Assembly (NCBI GenBank): GCA_963728995.1
Contig: CAVSMD010000008.1
Location: 50,066-114,065, forward strand
Source of the DNA: an uncultured Gammaproteobacteria bacterium
Lineage (GTDB): Bacteria > Pseudomonadota > Gammaproteobacteria > Steroidobacterales > Rariloculaceae
Direction: 5' to 3'
DNA length: 64,000 bases
Positions within the stretch are counted from its first letter, which is position 1; each line of letters opens with the position of its first letter. The notes below the pieces were generated by a model that saw only the letters and a list, made by a program, of their open reading frames with translations, did not search any database and was not told the origin of the DNA. A program made the translations under genes and the position numbers. Below are positions 38,850-48,612 of the stretch, in pieces.

Positions 38850-41420
38850 TCACCATGGCTCGATCGCATTGCGCAGCAGCGCCGTGAGCTCCGCGACTCG
38901 CGTCAGCGGAGCATACGCAGCGCCCGCCTCGTCCGCGTAATCCGGGAATACGCGCGTATCGCCCGCGGCGAACTCGGCCGCGAGCTGCTCGAGGTCGGAG
39001 CGCCAGAGCGACAATTGCGCGGGCCAGTCCGCGGCCGTCGAGCGCGCGGCGCGACCGGGGAACGCCCCGTTCGTCCAGAGCCCCGAGTAGCTCGTGCCGC
39101 TCGAGCGCACCCGCGCGATCACGGCCGCGCCGATCCGCTCCGGCGTCTGAATCGCGTACAGCGGCACTTGCGTGTCCCGCAGGCGAGCGGCGAACCAGTC
39201 CGCGCTCGAGGCGCGCTCCCCGGTCTTGTAATCGACGATCGCCAGCGTGCCATCCGCGAGCCGGTCGAGCCGGTCGAGGCGTACGCGCAGCGTCCATTCA
39301 CGCAGTTGGACCTCGCTGCGCTGCTCGACGGCCAGCACCTCGAACGGGGTACGCTCGCGCTCGGTCGCCTGCCAGCCACCGAGCAGCGCGCGCAGCAGCT
39401 CGCGTTCCAGCTCGAACAGCGCCTGCAGCGGCCGACGCGTGCGTGCGAACACGCCCGTGAGCGCTCGCTCGGCGGCCTCCTGCAGCGCCTCGTCGCCGAG
39501 CGCAGCGAGCGCGGCTTGGGTCGGCAATCCGTCGAGCAGGCGCTCGAGCGCGCGGTGCACGGCGATGCCGCGCAGCCGCTTCGGCAAGCCGAACGCAAGG
39601 GGCTCGAGCGGTCGTGCGCCGAGCCGGTCCCGGCAGAACGCCAGCAGCGGACAGCGAGCCTGTCGATTCAGCATGCCCGTGCCGCCCGGCAGCGTCGGCT
39701 CGGTCAGTGGGGGCGCCGGGTCCGCGATCGTGTGTCGTGCACGCCGCGGGGATGGCGCGGCCGTTCGGCTCGCGAGCTCGTCCCGCGACAACGCCGGCCA
39801 GTCGCGCACGGCGGGGCTCGGCTCCGTCTCGTAGTCATAGACGCGTGCGGGCCAGCTGACGACCAAATCCGGCACGCGTCGAACGAGTCGCTCGAGACTG
39901 CGCGCCGCACGCTCGCGGGTGTCGCGCGGCGTGCACCGAGGCATCGAGTGGGCACGTTGCAAGGCCACAGGCAGCAACGGGTTGCCGCGCGGCGCCTCGG
40001 GCCAAAAGGTGTCCGTGAAGCCCGTGGCCCAGGCCGCCTCGTAGCCGGGGCCAACCTGCTCGATTCGGCCGAGCAGGTGCACACCGTAAATCGGCAGCGG
40101 CGCGGGTGCGGGGTTGTCGAGGATCCGCTCGAGCTCGCGTAACGCATTGTCGATCGTCAGCTCGCCCAGCACGGGCGTCAGTTGCGCGAGCTCATCGAGG
40201 CAGCTCTGCCAGCCCAGCAGGCGCGGCCCGGGCGGCGGCGCCTCCCAACCGAGCTGTGCCAGGAAGCGCGTCCACACGTGGGCCCAGCGGCTCGGCGTCG
40301 CGCGCGGCGCGTTGCCGGCCGTCGCGAGCGCGTCACGCCATTGCATTGCGGTGCTCGGCAGGCGTTGCTCGAGCAACTCTGCCAAGCCCGCCTGCCGATA
40401 CGCGGCCGAGAACGACGGCTGCGAGCGCAGGTCCGCACGCAGCTCGGCGTCGAGCGCGGCTCGTGCCGCGAGCTCGTCGGGCGCCGCCACGAAGAAGCGG
40501 CTGCGGAGCCAACGACCGAACGCCGCGTACGGCGTTGACGGGGCGAGCAGCGTGAGCGCGTTGAAGGCCGCGCCGAGCGCCGCGTCGGCCGCGAGCGCTT
40601 GCCCCCCATTCCACACGCCGCTCGGCTGCCCCTGGTCGCCGGCCGTGGCCGCGAGGCGCTCGACCTCCGGCTGGCGGCCGGCCAGCCCCGCGACCACGAT
40701 TGCGATCCGGCTCTGCGGCGCCCGCGTCAGGCGCTCGCCGGCCCAAGCGAGCGCCGCGCGGAGCTCGTCGGCCGCGTCGGCCAGCCGCACGACCCGTTGG
40801 CGACCCGCCCTGGCGGGCGCACGCTCGTGAGTGATCCGCGCAGCGGCGGCGTGCAGGCGCTCGAGCAGCAGCGCTTGCGCCGGGTACTGGTCGTCGAAAT
40901 CCACCATGACTGCTGCCGGCACCTCGCTCGGCAACCTCGCGGCGAGCCCCGTCTCGAGCTCCGTACGATCCGTCCAACCGTGGGCGTCGAGCGCCGCGCG
41001 GTAGTCACGACACCAGCCGAGCAACGCGCGGTAGTCGAGTTGCTCCGCTCCGGCTCGCTCGGCAGCGGGATCGATGCGCCAGCGGTGCAATAGCTCCCAG
41101 GCGGCTGCCGCCCAGGCCGCGACGCCCGCGTGGCCGATCAGCTCGTCGGCTTCGCTCGAGGCAGCGATCACGCGCCGCCAGAGAGCGCGCGACTGACCTC
41201 GCGTCAGCGGTGGCGTTCGCCGGTCGTCGGCCTGCAGCCAGAGGCTCTCGAGCCAGCTCGCGTAAGGGGTTACCGGCGGCGTGAGCCAGGCGCTCGGGTC
41301 GCCGGCCACGTCTCGAGTCGCGAGTGTGAGCTCCCACTGGCGTGCGGCCAGCCCGTCCGCAACGACGAGAGTCGGGCGCTCGCTCGTCGCGCCCGGCCCT
41401 GCATACGTCATTGGAACCAA
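38850..41420 (-). CDS. addB: PD-(D/E)XK nuclease family protein (AddB-like subunit)
   Basis: 856 aa with the C-terminal RVRLDRLDRLADGTLAIVDYKTG nuclease motif. It lies directly upstream of the AddA-like helicase. Confidence 0.75.
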   Translation of the reverse strand: MVPMTYAGPGATSERPTLVVADGLAARQWELTLATRDVAGDPSAWLTPPVTPYASWLESLWLQADDRRTPPLTRGQSRALWRRVIAASSEADELIGHAGVAAWAAAAWELLHRWRIDPAAERAGAEQLDYRALLGWCRDYRAALDAHGWTDRTELETGLAARLPSEVPAAVMVDFDDQYPAQALLLERLHAAAARITHERAPARAGRQRVVRLADAADELRAALAWAGERLTRAPQSRIAIVVAGLAGRQPEVERLAATAGDQGQPSGVWNGGQALAADAALGAAFNALTLLAPSTPYAAFGRWLRSRFFVAAPDELAARAALDAELRADLRSQPSFSAAYRQAGLAELLEQRLPSTAMQWRDALATAGNAPRATPSRWAHVWTRFLAQLGWEAPPPGPRLLGWQSCLDELAQLTPVLGELTIDNALRELERILDNPAPAPLPIYGVHLLGRIEQVGPGYEAAWATGFTDTFWPEAPRGNPLLPVALQRAHSMPRCTPRDTRERAARSLERLVRRVPDLVVSWPARVYDYETEPSPAVRDWPALSRDELASRTAAPSPRRARHTIADPAPPLTEPTLPGGTGMLNRQARCPLLAFCRDRLGARPLEPLAFGLPKRLRGIAVHRALERLLDGLPTQAALAALGDEALQEAAERALTGVFARTRRPLQALFELERELLRALLGGWQATERERTPFEVLAVEQRSEVQLREWTLRVRLDRLDRLADGTLAIVDYKTGERASSADWFAARLRDTQVPLYAIQTPERIGAAVIARVRSSGTSYSGLWTNGAFPGRAARSTAADWPAQLSLWRSDLEQLAAEFAAGDTRVFPDYADEAGAAYAPLTRVAELTALLRNAIEPW

Positions 41421-41438
41421 TTAGTTAGGAAGCTTTAG

Positions 41439-42689
41439 TCATGCCGTCTCGAGCTTGGGCGGCCGATCGGCAATTTGCTGGAGCACGTGCTCGACGCGCT
41501 GGAAGACCTCGGCGAGCCGTGCCTCCTCGGGCAGCGTCGTGATCCTGAAGTGATCGCGATCCGGACCATTGAAGCTCGAGCCCGGCGCGACGAGCACATG
41601 TTGCTGCTCGAGCAGCTCCATGGCGAACTGCTCGTCGTCGAAGCTCGGCAGCTTCTGCTTGTCGATGCCGACGAAGGCGTACATCGCGCCGCGCGGGGCC
41701 ACGAGTGTCAGGAACCTGCTCTTCGCGACGCCTTCGATGATGGCCTGGCGCGACTGATAGAGGCGGCCGCCGGGGGAACACAGCCGGCCGATGCTCTGGA
41801 AGCCGCCGAGCGCGGTTTGCACGGCCCATTGACCCGGCACGTTGCTGCACAACCGCAGGGCCGCGAGCAGATCGAGGGCCGTCATGTACCGTTCGGACCG
41901 ATCGACGGCGCCGCTGAACGACACCCAGCCGACGCGGTACCCGCAAGCGCGATAGACCTTCGACAGCCCGCTGAAGGTGGCGCACAGCGTGTCGTGGCAG
42001 AGCGTCGCCATCGGCACGAACTCGGCGTCGTCGTAGAGCATCTGATCGTAGATCTCGTCGCTCATGACGACGAGGTTGTGCTGCTCGGCGATTCGCGCGA
42101 TGGCCGCCAACCGCTCGCGGTCATAGACGGCGCCCGTCGGATTGTTCGGATTGATGACGACGATGGCGCGCGTCTTAAGCGTGATCAGCGCCTCGATGGC
42201 GTCCGGGTCCGGATTGAAGCCCTGCGCCTCGGGACATGGGTAATAGACCGGACGGCCCCCGTTCAACACCGTCGCTGCGGTCCACAGCGGATAGTCGGGG
42301 CTCGGGATCAGCACCTCGTCGCCTGGGTTCAGGAGGCCACGCAGCGTGAGGTCGATCAGCTCGCTGACGCCGTTGCCCATGAAAACGTGATCGGCCGTGA
42401 CGGTCTGCACGCCGCGCGCCTGCTGCTGCATCACGACAGCCTCGCGGGCCGGGAAGATGCCTTTCTGGTTGCAGTAGGCCTCGGCCGACGGCAGGTTCTC
42501 GATCATCGCCAGCCGCATCGTCTCCGGCGTTCGGAGGCCGAACAGGCCGGGGTTGCCGATGTTCAGCGAAATGATCTCGTAGCCCTGGCGCTCGAGCTCG
42601 TGGGCGCGTCGGGCAAGCGTGCCGCGAATCTCATAGCGGACGTGTCGGAGCTTCGCGCTGACCTCGAACTCATGGGAATGGCGCAACAC
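41439..42689 (-). CDS. alaA: PLP-dependent aminotransferase, AlaA (glutamate-pyruvate) type
   Basis: Close collinear similarity to E. coli AlaA: SAKLRHVRYEIRG, LNIGNPGLFG, NPNNPTGAVY, SGLSKVYRACGYRVGW and HFRITTLP. Confidence 0.8.
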   Translation of the reverse strand: MLRHSHEFEVSAKLRHVRYEIRGTLARRAHELERQGYEIISLNIGNPGLFGLRTPETMRLAMIENLPSAEAYCNQKGIFPAREAVVMQQQARGVQTVTADHVFMGNGVSELIDLTLRGLLNPGDEVLIPSPDYPLWTAATVLNGGRPVYYPCPEAQGFNPDPDAIEALITLKTRAIVVINPNNPTGAVYDRERLAAIARIAEQHNLVVMSDEIYDQMLYDDAEFVPMATLCHDTLCATFSGLSKVYRACGYRVGWVSFSGAVDRSERYMTALDLLAALRLCSNVPGQWAVQTALGGFQSIGRLCSPGGRLYQSRQAIIEGVAKSRFLTLVAPRGAMYAFVGIDKQKLPSFDDEQFAMELLEQQHVLVAPGSSFNGPDRDHFRITTLPEEARLAEVFQRVEHVLQQIADRPPKLETA

Positions 42690-42778
42690 TTCAATATCCT
42701 GCGACGAAAACAGAGCCGTTACTTACCACGCCGCCGCGTGCGGGCCAAGGGCCGACATCGCAATCGCGGGCCGCTGAC

Positions 42779-43636
42779 TCACGGGCTGGCCCCGCGGTTC
42801 ACCGGCCGTTTCGGGTCGCGAATCCACTCGCTCCACGAGCCCGCGAACAGCTTGCCGTCGCCGAGACCGGCCACCGACATCGCCAGCAACAAATGGCATG
42901 CCGTGACGCCCGAGCCGCACATGGCGATCAGCTGCTGCGGTGGCCGGCCGGCCAGCAGGCCAAGCACGTCGCGCTCGAGGTCGGCCGCCGCGCGGAACGT
43001 GCCGTCGGCGTTGGCGTTGTGCGCGAACGGCCAGTTCACGGCGCCGGGCACGTGGCCGGCCACGGGATCGATGGGCTCTTGCTCACCGCGGTAGCGAGGC
43101 GCGGCGCGGACGTCCACGACGAGGTCGCCCGCGGCTTGGCAACGTTGCAGCGCCTCGGTCGTGACCACCGCGGCGGTCGCAACGGCGGCCGGCGCCGGAT
43201 AGCGCGTCGTGGGCCAGTTCGGCACCGCCGTCTCGATCGGCAATTGCGCGGCCTGCCAGGCGGCAAGGCCGCCGTCGAGCACGCGGGCCTGCCGATGGCC
43301 GATCCAGCGCAGCAGCCACCACAAGCGGGCGGCGGTGGCGCTGCTGGCCTCGTCGTAGGCCACGACGGTGTCGGCGGGTGCGATGCCCCAATCGCCGAGC
43401 TTGGCCGCGAATGCGGCCGCATCCGGCAGCGGATGCCGCCCCTCGCTCGGTTGCGGTGTGCGGGACAGATCGCGGTCGAGGTCCGCATAGCGTGCGCCGG
43501 GGATGTGACCGCGCTCGTAGGCGGCGCGCCCGGCGGCGGGGTCTTGCAGGCTGAAACGACAGTCGACGACGACCCAGCCCGGCGTGCCGAGACGCTCGGC
43601 AAGCGTTCGCGAATCGATCAGGGGGTGTTGCGTCAT
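42779..43636 (-). CDS. sseA: 3-mercaptopyruvate/thiosulfate sulfurtransferase (tandem rhodanese)
   Basis: Two rhodanese repeats, GHIPGA in both, and the active-site loop CGSGVTA. Confidence 0.8.
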   Translation of the reverse strand: MTQHPLIDSRTLAERLGTPGWVVVDCRFSLQDPAAGRAAYERGHIPGARYADLDRDLSRTPQPSEGRHPLPDAAAFAAKLGDWGIAPADTVVAYDEASSATAARLWWLLRWIGHRQARVLDGGLAAWQAAQLPIETAVPNWPTTRYPAPAAVATAAVVTTEALQRCQAAGDLVVDVRAAPRYRGEQEPIDPVAGHVPGAVNWPFAHNANADGTFRAAADLERDVLGLLAGRPPQQLIAMCGSGVTACHLLLAMSVAGLGDGKLFAGSWSEWIRDPKRPVNRGASP

Positions 43637-43698
43637 CGCCGCTCCGAGGGCCGAAGCCTACGGCGCGCGTGCGGTCACGGCCGGAAGCACGAGGCGCG

Positions 43699-44181
43699 CT
43701 ACAGCTGTTTGAGCGCCGCCTCTGCGGAGCTCACGCCGAACTCACCCGGCGGCTCGATGTTCAGCGCTTTCACGACGCCATCGTCGACGATGATCGAGAA
43801 GCGCTTGCTGCGCTTGCCCATGCCGAACTTGCTGGCGTCGAGCTCGAGGTCGAGCGCGCGCGCGTAGTCGCCATTGCCGTCGGCGAGCATCTCGACCTTG
43901 CCTGCGGCCTTGCCGGACTCCCCCCAGGCTTTCATCACGAACACGTCGTTGACGGCCATGCAGGCAACCGTATCGACGCCCTTGGCCTTGAGCTGCTCGA
44001 AGTTGGCGACGAAGCCCGGCAGGTGTTTGGCGGAGCACGTCGGCGTGAACGCGCCCGGCACGGAGAACAGCACCACCTTCTTGCCGTGAAACAGGTCATC
44101 CGTCGAGACGGGCTCGGGGCCGTTCGCGCCCATCCGAGTGAACTGGCCCTTGGGCATCTGGTCGCCAACTTTGATCGTCAT
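43699..44181 (-). CDS. Prx5-type (atypical 2-Cys) peroxiredoxin
   Basis: MTIKVGDQMP..., VVLFSVPGAFTPTCS and RFSIIVDDGVV. Start at the internal ATG 44181. Confidence 0.85.
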   Translation of the reverse strand: MTIKVGDQMPKGQFTRMGANGPEPVSTDDLFHGKKVVLFSVPGAFTPTCSAKHLPGFVANFEQLKAKGVDTVACMAVNDVFVMKAWGESGKAAGKVEMLADGNGDYARALDLELDASKFGMGKRSKRFSIIVDDGVVKALNIEPPGEFGVSSAEAALKQL

Positions 44182-44248
44182 GGTCCTTGTGCTCCTGCGG
44201 TGGGTCGGGAAAGGCTGCGCGCCCTCCGACCGAAGGCGCGTGCTCATT

Positions 44249-44285
44249 ATAGGTCGCCGCTCGCGATGTGATAGCGCCGATCGGT
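44249..44285. promoter_or_regulatory. OxyR/LysR-like tetrad upstream of the peroxiredoxin gene
   Basis: ATAG-N7-CTCG-N7-ATAG-N7-CGGT compared with the OxyR consensus ATAG-N7-CTAT-N7-ATAG-N7-CTAT. It lies 68-104 nt upstream of the prx ATG. Confidence 0.25.
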
Positions 44286-44405
44286 AGCGACGCACGGCGA
44301 CGGACATGCGGACTCTTGTCGCGCCCGCGATCTTCATCCGGGTGCAGCGCTGCCCGCCGCTGGCCTGCCGATGCGTCGCCACATGGTCTGCGGCCGCCTA
44401 AAGCG

Positions 44406-44435
44406 TTGACAGGCCTTGGGCTTTTCCGGGATGAT
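44406..44435 (+). promoter_or_regulatory. sigma70-like promoter for the ilv leader
   Basis: TTGACA (44406-11), an 18-nt spacer, then GATGAT (44430-35), about 30 nt before the leader ATG. Confidence 0.35.
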
Positions 44436-44463
44436 TTCCGTTCCAACTCTTGATAAGACTGAG

Positions 44464-44529
44464 ATGACGGCCATCCGCCTCACCCTTACGGTAGTACTTC
44501 GCCGCAACAGGTGCGGGCGCTTGGCTTGA
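44464..44529 (+). CDS. putative branched-chain amino acid leader peptide (21 aa)
   Basis: ATG..TGA encodes MTAIRLTLTVVLRRNRCGRLA, with I/L/V at positions 4, 6, 8, 10, 11 and 12. It is followed by antiterminator/terminator alternatives. Confidence 0.5.
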   Translation: MTAIRLTLTVVLRRNRCGRLA

Positions 44530-44548
44530 CGACGAAGCCTCATTAGTG

Positions 44549-44585
44549 AAACCCCGCACCCGAAAGGCTTGCGGGGTTTTTTTTT
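44549..44585 (+). terminator. intrinsic terminator (attenuator) 40 nt upstream of ilvC
   Basis: AAACCCCGCA-CCCGAAAGGCT-TGCGGGG followed by T9. The 5' arm CCCGCACC (44553-60) is also perfectly complementary to GGTGCGGG (44510-17) in the leader ORF. Confidence 0.7.
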
Positions 44586-44624
44586 CCGGGCACTCGAGTT
44601 TCGAGGATTAGAAGAGGTAGAGCG

Positions 44625-45611
44625 ATGCAGTTGTTTGTGGAATCCGACGTCGACGCGGGTGCGCTCCGCGGCGAGAAGATCGCGGTGCTCGGATATGGCA
44701 GTCAAGGACGCGCGCATGCGATGAATCTGCGCGACTCGGGCTACGAAGTCGTGATCGGTCTGCGCCCCGATGGCAAGACCACGCCGAAAGCGGAGCGCGA
44801 CGGCTTCACGGTCAAAGCGCCCGTGGACGCCGTCAAAGGCGCCGGGCTCGTGGCGTTTCTCGCACCGGATCTCGCCCAGGCGCAGCTCTATAAGGACATC
44901 GAGCCGAACCTGAAGAACGGGGCCACACTGCTGTTCGCCCACGGCTTCAACATCCATTACAAGCTGATTCAGCCGCGAGCCGATCTCGACGTCGTGCTGA
45001 TCGCGCCGAAGGGGCCCGGGGATCTCGTGCGGCGGCAATACGAGCAGGGTCGCGGCGTGCCGTGTCTCATGGCCGTGGCACAGGACGCGGGCGGCAAAGC
45101 CCAGGCGCGCGCCCTCGCCTACGCGCACGGCATCGGCGGCACGCGCGGCGGCGTGCTTGCGACTACGTTCGGCGAGGAAACCGAGACGGATTTGTTCGGC
45201 GAGCAGGCCGTGCTGTGCGGCGGTGCGACGGAGCTGATCGTGCGCGGCTTCGAAACGCTCGTCGAGGCGGGCTATCAACCCGAGGTGGCCTACTTCGAAT
45301 GCATGCACGAGATGAAGCTCATCGTGGATCTGCTGCACGAGGGCGGCCTGAAGAAGATGCATCAGTTCGTGAGCGACACGGCCAAGTATGGCGATCTGAC
45401 GCGCGGGCCGCGGATCATCGACGCGCACGTCCGCGACAACATGAAGCAGGTCCTGAAGGAAGTTCAGGACGGCACGTTCGCTAAACAGTGGATCGAAGAG
45501 AACAAGACCGGCCAGAAGAACTACAAGCGGCTCATGCAGGAAGACCTCGACCAACGCATCGAGAAAGTAGGCAAGGAATTGCGTGGCCGCATGAGCTGGC
45601 TGCAAGAGTGA
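44625..45611 (+). CDS. ilvC: ketol-acid reductoisomerase (class I)
   Basis: [29 protein letters not shown] and [11 protein letters not shown]. Confidence 0.95.
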   Translation: MQLFVESDVDAGALRGEKIAVLGYGSQGRAHAMNLRDSGYEVVIGLRPDGKTTPKAERDGFTVKAPVDAVKGAGLVAFLAPDLAQAQLYKDIEPNLKNGATLLFAHGFNIHYKLIQPRADLDVVLIAPKGPGDLVRRQYEQGRGVPCLMAVAQDAGGKAQARALAYAHGIGGTRGGVLATTFGEETETDLFGEQAVLCGGATELIVRGFETLVEAGYQPEVAYFECMHEMKLIVDLLHEGGLKKMHQFVSDTAKYGDLTRGPRIIDAHVRDNMKQVLKEVQDGTFAKQWIEENKTGQKNYKRLMQEDLDQRIEKVGKELRGRMSWLQE

Positions 45612-45663
45612 CCGATCGATCGCGGTGAACGATTAGCACGAGAAGACTGCCCAGGAGCAGACG

Positions 45664-46632
45664 ATGCCCCTCAAGACGAGCAAGTACATCTGGCACGAAG
45701 GCAAGCTTACGCCCTGGGAGCAGGCCACCGTCCACGTGTTGAGTCATGCCCTGCACTACGGCTCGTCCGTATTCGAAGGCATTCGCGTGTACGGTACGCC
45801 GAAGGGTGCCGTGGGCTTTCGGCTCACGGACCATATTCGCCGGCTGTTTCACTCCGCAAAGATCTATCGCATGAAGATCCCGTTCACGAACGAGGCGCTC
45901 GTCGGCGCATGCCGCGACGTCGTCCGCGAGAACGATCTGCTGCAAGGCGCCTACATCAGGCCGATTGCCTACCGCGGCTATGGCGAGATGGGCGTTGCCG
46001 GCAACATCGAGCAGCCGGCGTGCGTCTCGATCGCGGCGTGGCAATGGGGCTCCTACCTCGGCGAGCATGGCCTCGAGCAGGGCGTCGATGTTTGCGTCTC
46101 GTCGTGGCAGCGCGTCGCGCCGAATACGGTGCCCGCGCTGGCCAAGGCCGGCGGCAACTATCTGTCGAGCGCGCTCGTGACGCTCGAGGCGCGCCGTCTC
46201 GGCTTCACCGAGGGCCTCGCGCTGAACACGGCCGGGTTCGTCAGCGAAGGCGCCGGCGAGAACGTGTTCATCGTCCAGCACGGCACGCTGTACACCCCGC
46301 CCGTCGCGGCGTCGATCCTGTCCGGCCTCACCCGCGACAGCGTGATCAAGCTCGCGCGCTCGGCAGGGCTCGAGGTCGTGGAGCAGAACATTCCGCGCGA
46401 GCTCCTGTACATCGCCGACGAGGTGTTCCTGACGGGAACCGCGGCCGAGGTCACGCCCGTGCGCTCGGTCGATAAGATCCCGGTCGGTGAAGGCAAGCGC
46501 GGTCCGATCACGGAGCGTCTGCAGAAGCTGTTCTTCGGCCTGTTCGACGGCAGCACGGCGGATCGCTTCGGCTGGCTCGAGCCGATCGTCGAACCGAGCG
46601 CGGCGCGCATCGAGCGGCCCAAGGCCGTCTGA
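45664..46632 (+). CDS. ilvE: branched-chain amino acid aminotransferase
   Basis: [31 protein letters not shown] and [11 protein letters not shown]. Confidence 0.9.
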   Translation: MPLKTSKYIWHEGKLTPWEQATVHVLSHALHYGSSVFEGIRVYGTPKGAVGFRLTDHIRRLFHSAKIYRMKIPFTNEALVGACRDVVRENDLLQGAYIRPIAYRGYGEMGVAGNIEQPACVSIAAWQWGSYLGEHGLEQGVDVCVSSWQRVAPNTVPALAKAGGNYLSSALVTLEARRLGFTEGLALNTAGFVSEGAGENVFIVQHGTLYTPPVAASILSGLTRDSVIKLARSAGLEVVEQNIPRELLYIADEVFLTGTAAEVTPVRSVDKIPVGEGKRGPITERLQKLFFGLFDGSTADRFGWLEPIVEPSAARIERPKAV

Positions 46633-46637
46633 GTCCC

Positions 46638-48038
46638 ATGGCCGCCTCACTATTCGAGAAGATCTGGGCGTCGCACGTCGTCACACCGGAGACGGACGAT
46701 ACGCCGGCCGTCCTATACGTCGACCTGCATTTGCTCCACGAGGTGACGACGCCGCAAGCGTTCGATCTCCTGCGGTCCAGAGGCTTGCCGGTCCGCTGTC
46801 CGGACAAATGTCTCGCGACGCTCGATCACTCGACGCCGACGGTGCCGGTCACGAGCCTCAGGGATCTCGAGGTCGTCAGCGAGCCCTCGGCGGCCAAGCA
46901 GGTGCGCCAGATGGAGCGCAACTGCCAGGATTTCGGCATCGAGCTGCGCGGCTTCGGCAGCCGCGACCGAGGGATCGTCCACGTCATGGGCCCCGAGCTC
47001 GGCGCAACGCAGCCGGGCTCGACGATCGTGTGCGGCGATTCACACACGAGCACGCATGGCGCGTTCGGTGCCCTCGCCTTCGGCATTGGCACCACCGAGG
47101 TCGGGCACGTGCTCGCGACGCAGTGTCTGTTGCAGCGCAAGCCCAAGAATCTGGCGATCACCGTGGACGGCACGTTGCCGCCGGACGTGACGGCCAAGGA
47201 CCTGATCCTGAGCATCATCGGCACGATCGGGGTCGGCGGCGGCACGGGCCACGTCATCGAGTACCGCGGTCGCGCGATTGGCGCCCTCTCCATGGAGGAG
47301 CGCATGACCGTGTGCAACATGTCGATCGAGGCCGGTGCGCGCGCCGGCATGATCGCGCCCGACGACACCACGTATCAGTACATGGCCGGTAGGCCGCTTG
47401 CGCCGCAAGGCAGTGAATGGGATGCGGCGTTGGCCTGGTGGCGACAGCTGCCGAGCGATCCGGAGGCGCACTTCGACCAAGAGATCAGGATCGACGGCTC
47501 GAAGCTGCGCCCCATGGTCACGTTCGGCACGAACCCCGGCATGGTCATCCCGATCGACGCCAGCGTTCCCGACGACGACGATCCGGCGTTTCGCAAGGCG
47601 CTGGCTTACATGCAGCTCGAGGCCGGCAAGCCTCTGCTCGGGGCTCCGGTGGACGTGGTATTCATCGGCTCCTGCACGAACGGCCGTTTGAGCGATATCC
47701 GCGCGGCCGCGCAGATCTTGCGCGGCCGCCACGTCGCCGAGCGGGTCCGGCTCCTCGTCGTTCCCGGCTCCGCCGCCGTGAAGCGCCAGGCCGAAGCCGA
47801 GGGGCTCGATGAGATCGTGCGCGCCGCCGGCGGCGAATGGCGCGAGCCGGGCTGCTCGATGTGCATCGGTATGAACGGCGATACCGTACCGCGCGGCAAG
47901 CTGTCCGTCAGCACGAGCAACAGGAATTTCGAGGGCCGCCAAGGCACGGGCGCGCGCACCGTCCTCGCGAGCCCCGTCACCGCGGCCGCCGCGGCGGTGA
48001 ACGGGGTGATCAGCGATCCACGCGAGCTCGTGAGCTGA
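46638..48038 (+). CDS. leuC: 3-isopropylmalate dehydratase large subunit
   Basis: [17 protein letters not shown]-like, CGDSHT, GSCTNGR and CSMCIGMN. Confidence 0.95.
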   Translation: MAASLFEKIWASHVVTPETDDTPAVLYVDLHLLHEVTTPQAFDLLRSRGLPVRCPDKCLATLDHSTPTVPVTSLRDLEVVSEPSAAKQVRQMERNCQDFGIELRGFGSRDRGIVHVMGPELGATQPGSTIVCGDSHTSTHGAFGALAFGIGTTEVGHVLATQCLLQRKPKNLAITVDGTLPPDVTAKDLILSIIGTIGVGGGTGHVIEYRGRAIGALSMEERMTVCNMSIEAGARAGMIAPDDTTYQYMAGRPLAPQGSEWDAALAWWRQLPSDPEAHFDQEIRIDGSKLRPMVTFGTNPGMVIPIDASVPDDDDPAFRKALAYMQLEAGKPLLGAPVDVVFIGSCTNGRLSDIRAAAQILRGRHVAERVRLLVVPGSAAVKRQAEAEGLDEIVRAAGGEWREPGCSMCIGMNGDTVPRGKLSVSTSNRNFEGRQGTGARTVLASPVTAAAAAVNGVISDPRELVS

Positions 48039-48039
48039 C

Positions 48040-48612
48040 ATGGAACCGGTCAAGCAAATCGTCTCGAGGACCGTCGTGCTGCCGAACGACGACATCGACA
48101 CGGACCAGATCATCCCGGCGCGCTTTCTGACGACGACCACGAAAGAAGGTCTCGGACGGAACCTGTTCGCGGACTGGCGGTATTCGAAGGACGGGCGCGA
48201 GCGCACGGAGTTCGTGCTGAATCGCCCCGAGAGTCGCGGGGCCGCGGTGCTCGTCGGCGGCAACAACTTCGGCTGCGGATCGTCGCGCGAGCACGCGCCG
48301 TGGGCCCTGCTCGACTTCGGCATTCGCGTCGTCGTCAGCACCGCGATCGCGGACATCTTCCGGAGCAACTCGCTGAAGAATGGCCTGGTTCCCGTGATCG
48401 TCGACGTTGCGACTCATCGCTGGCTGATCGAGCATCCCGGAGTCGAGGTGAAGATCGACGTCCCGAGCGCCACGATCGAGGTCGACGGCAAGAGCGTCGC
48501 GTTCCCGATCGATCGATTCTCGCGCTTCTGCCTCGTGAACGGCATCGATCAGCTCGGCTACTTGCTCGAGCAAGACGCCGCGATCACGGGTTACGAGCAG
48601 GCGCACGCATGA
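48040..48612 (+). CDS. leuD: 3-isopropylmalate dehydratase small subunit
   Basis: DIDTDQIIPARFL and GNNFGCGSSREHAPWAL. Confidence 0.95.
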   Translation: MEPVKQIVSRTVVLPNDDIDTDQIIPARFLTTTTKEGLGRNLFADWRYSKDGRERTEFVLNRPESRGAAVLVGGNNFGCGSSREHAPWALLDFGIRVVVSTAIADIFRSNSLKNGLVPVIVDVATHRWLIEHPGVEVKIDVPSATIEVDGKSVAFPIDRFSRFCLVNGIDQLGYLLEQDAAITGYEQAHA

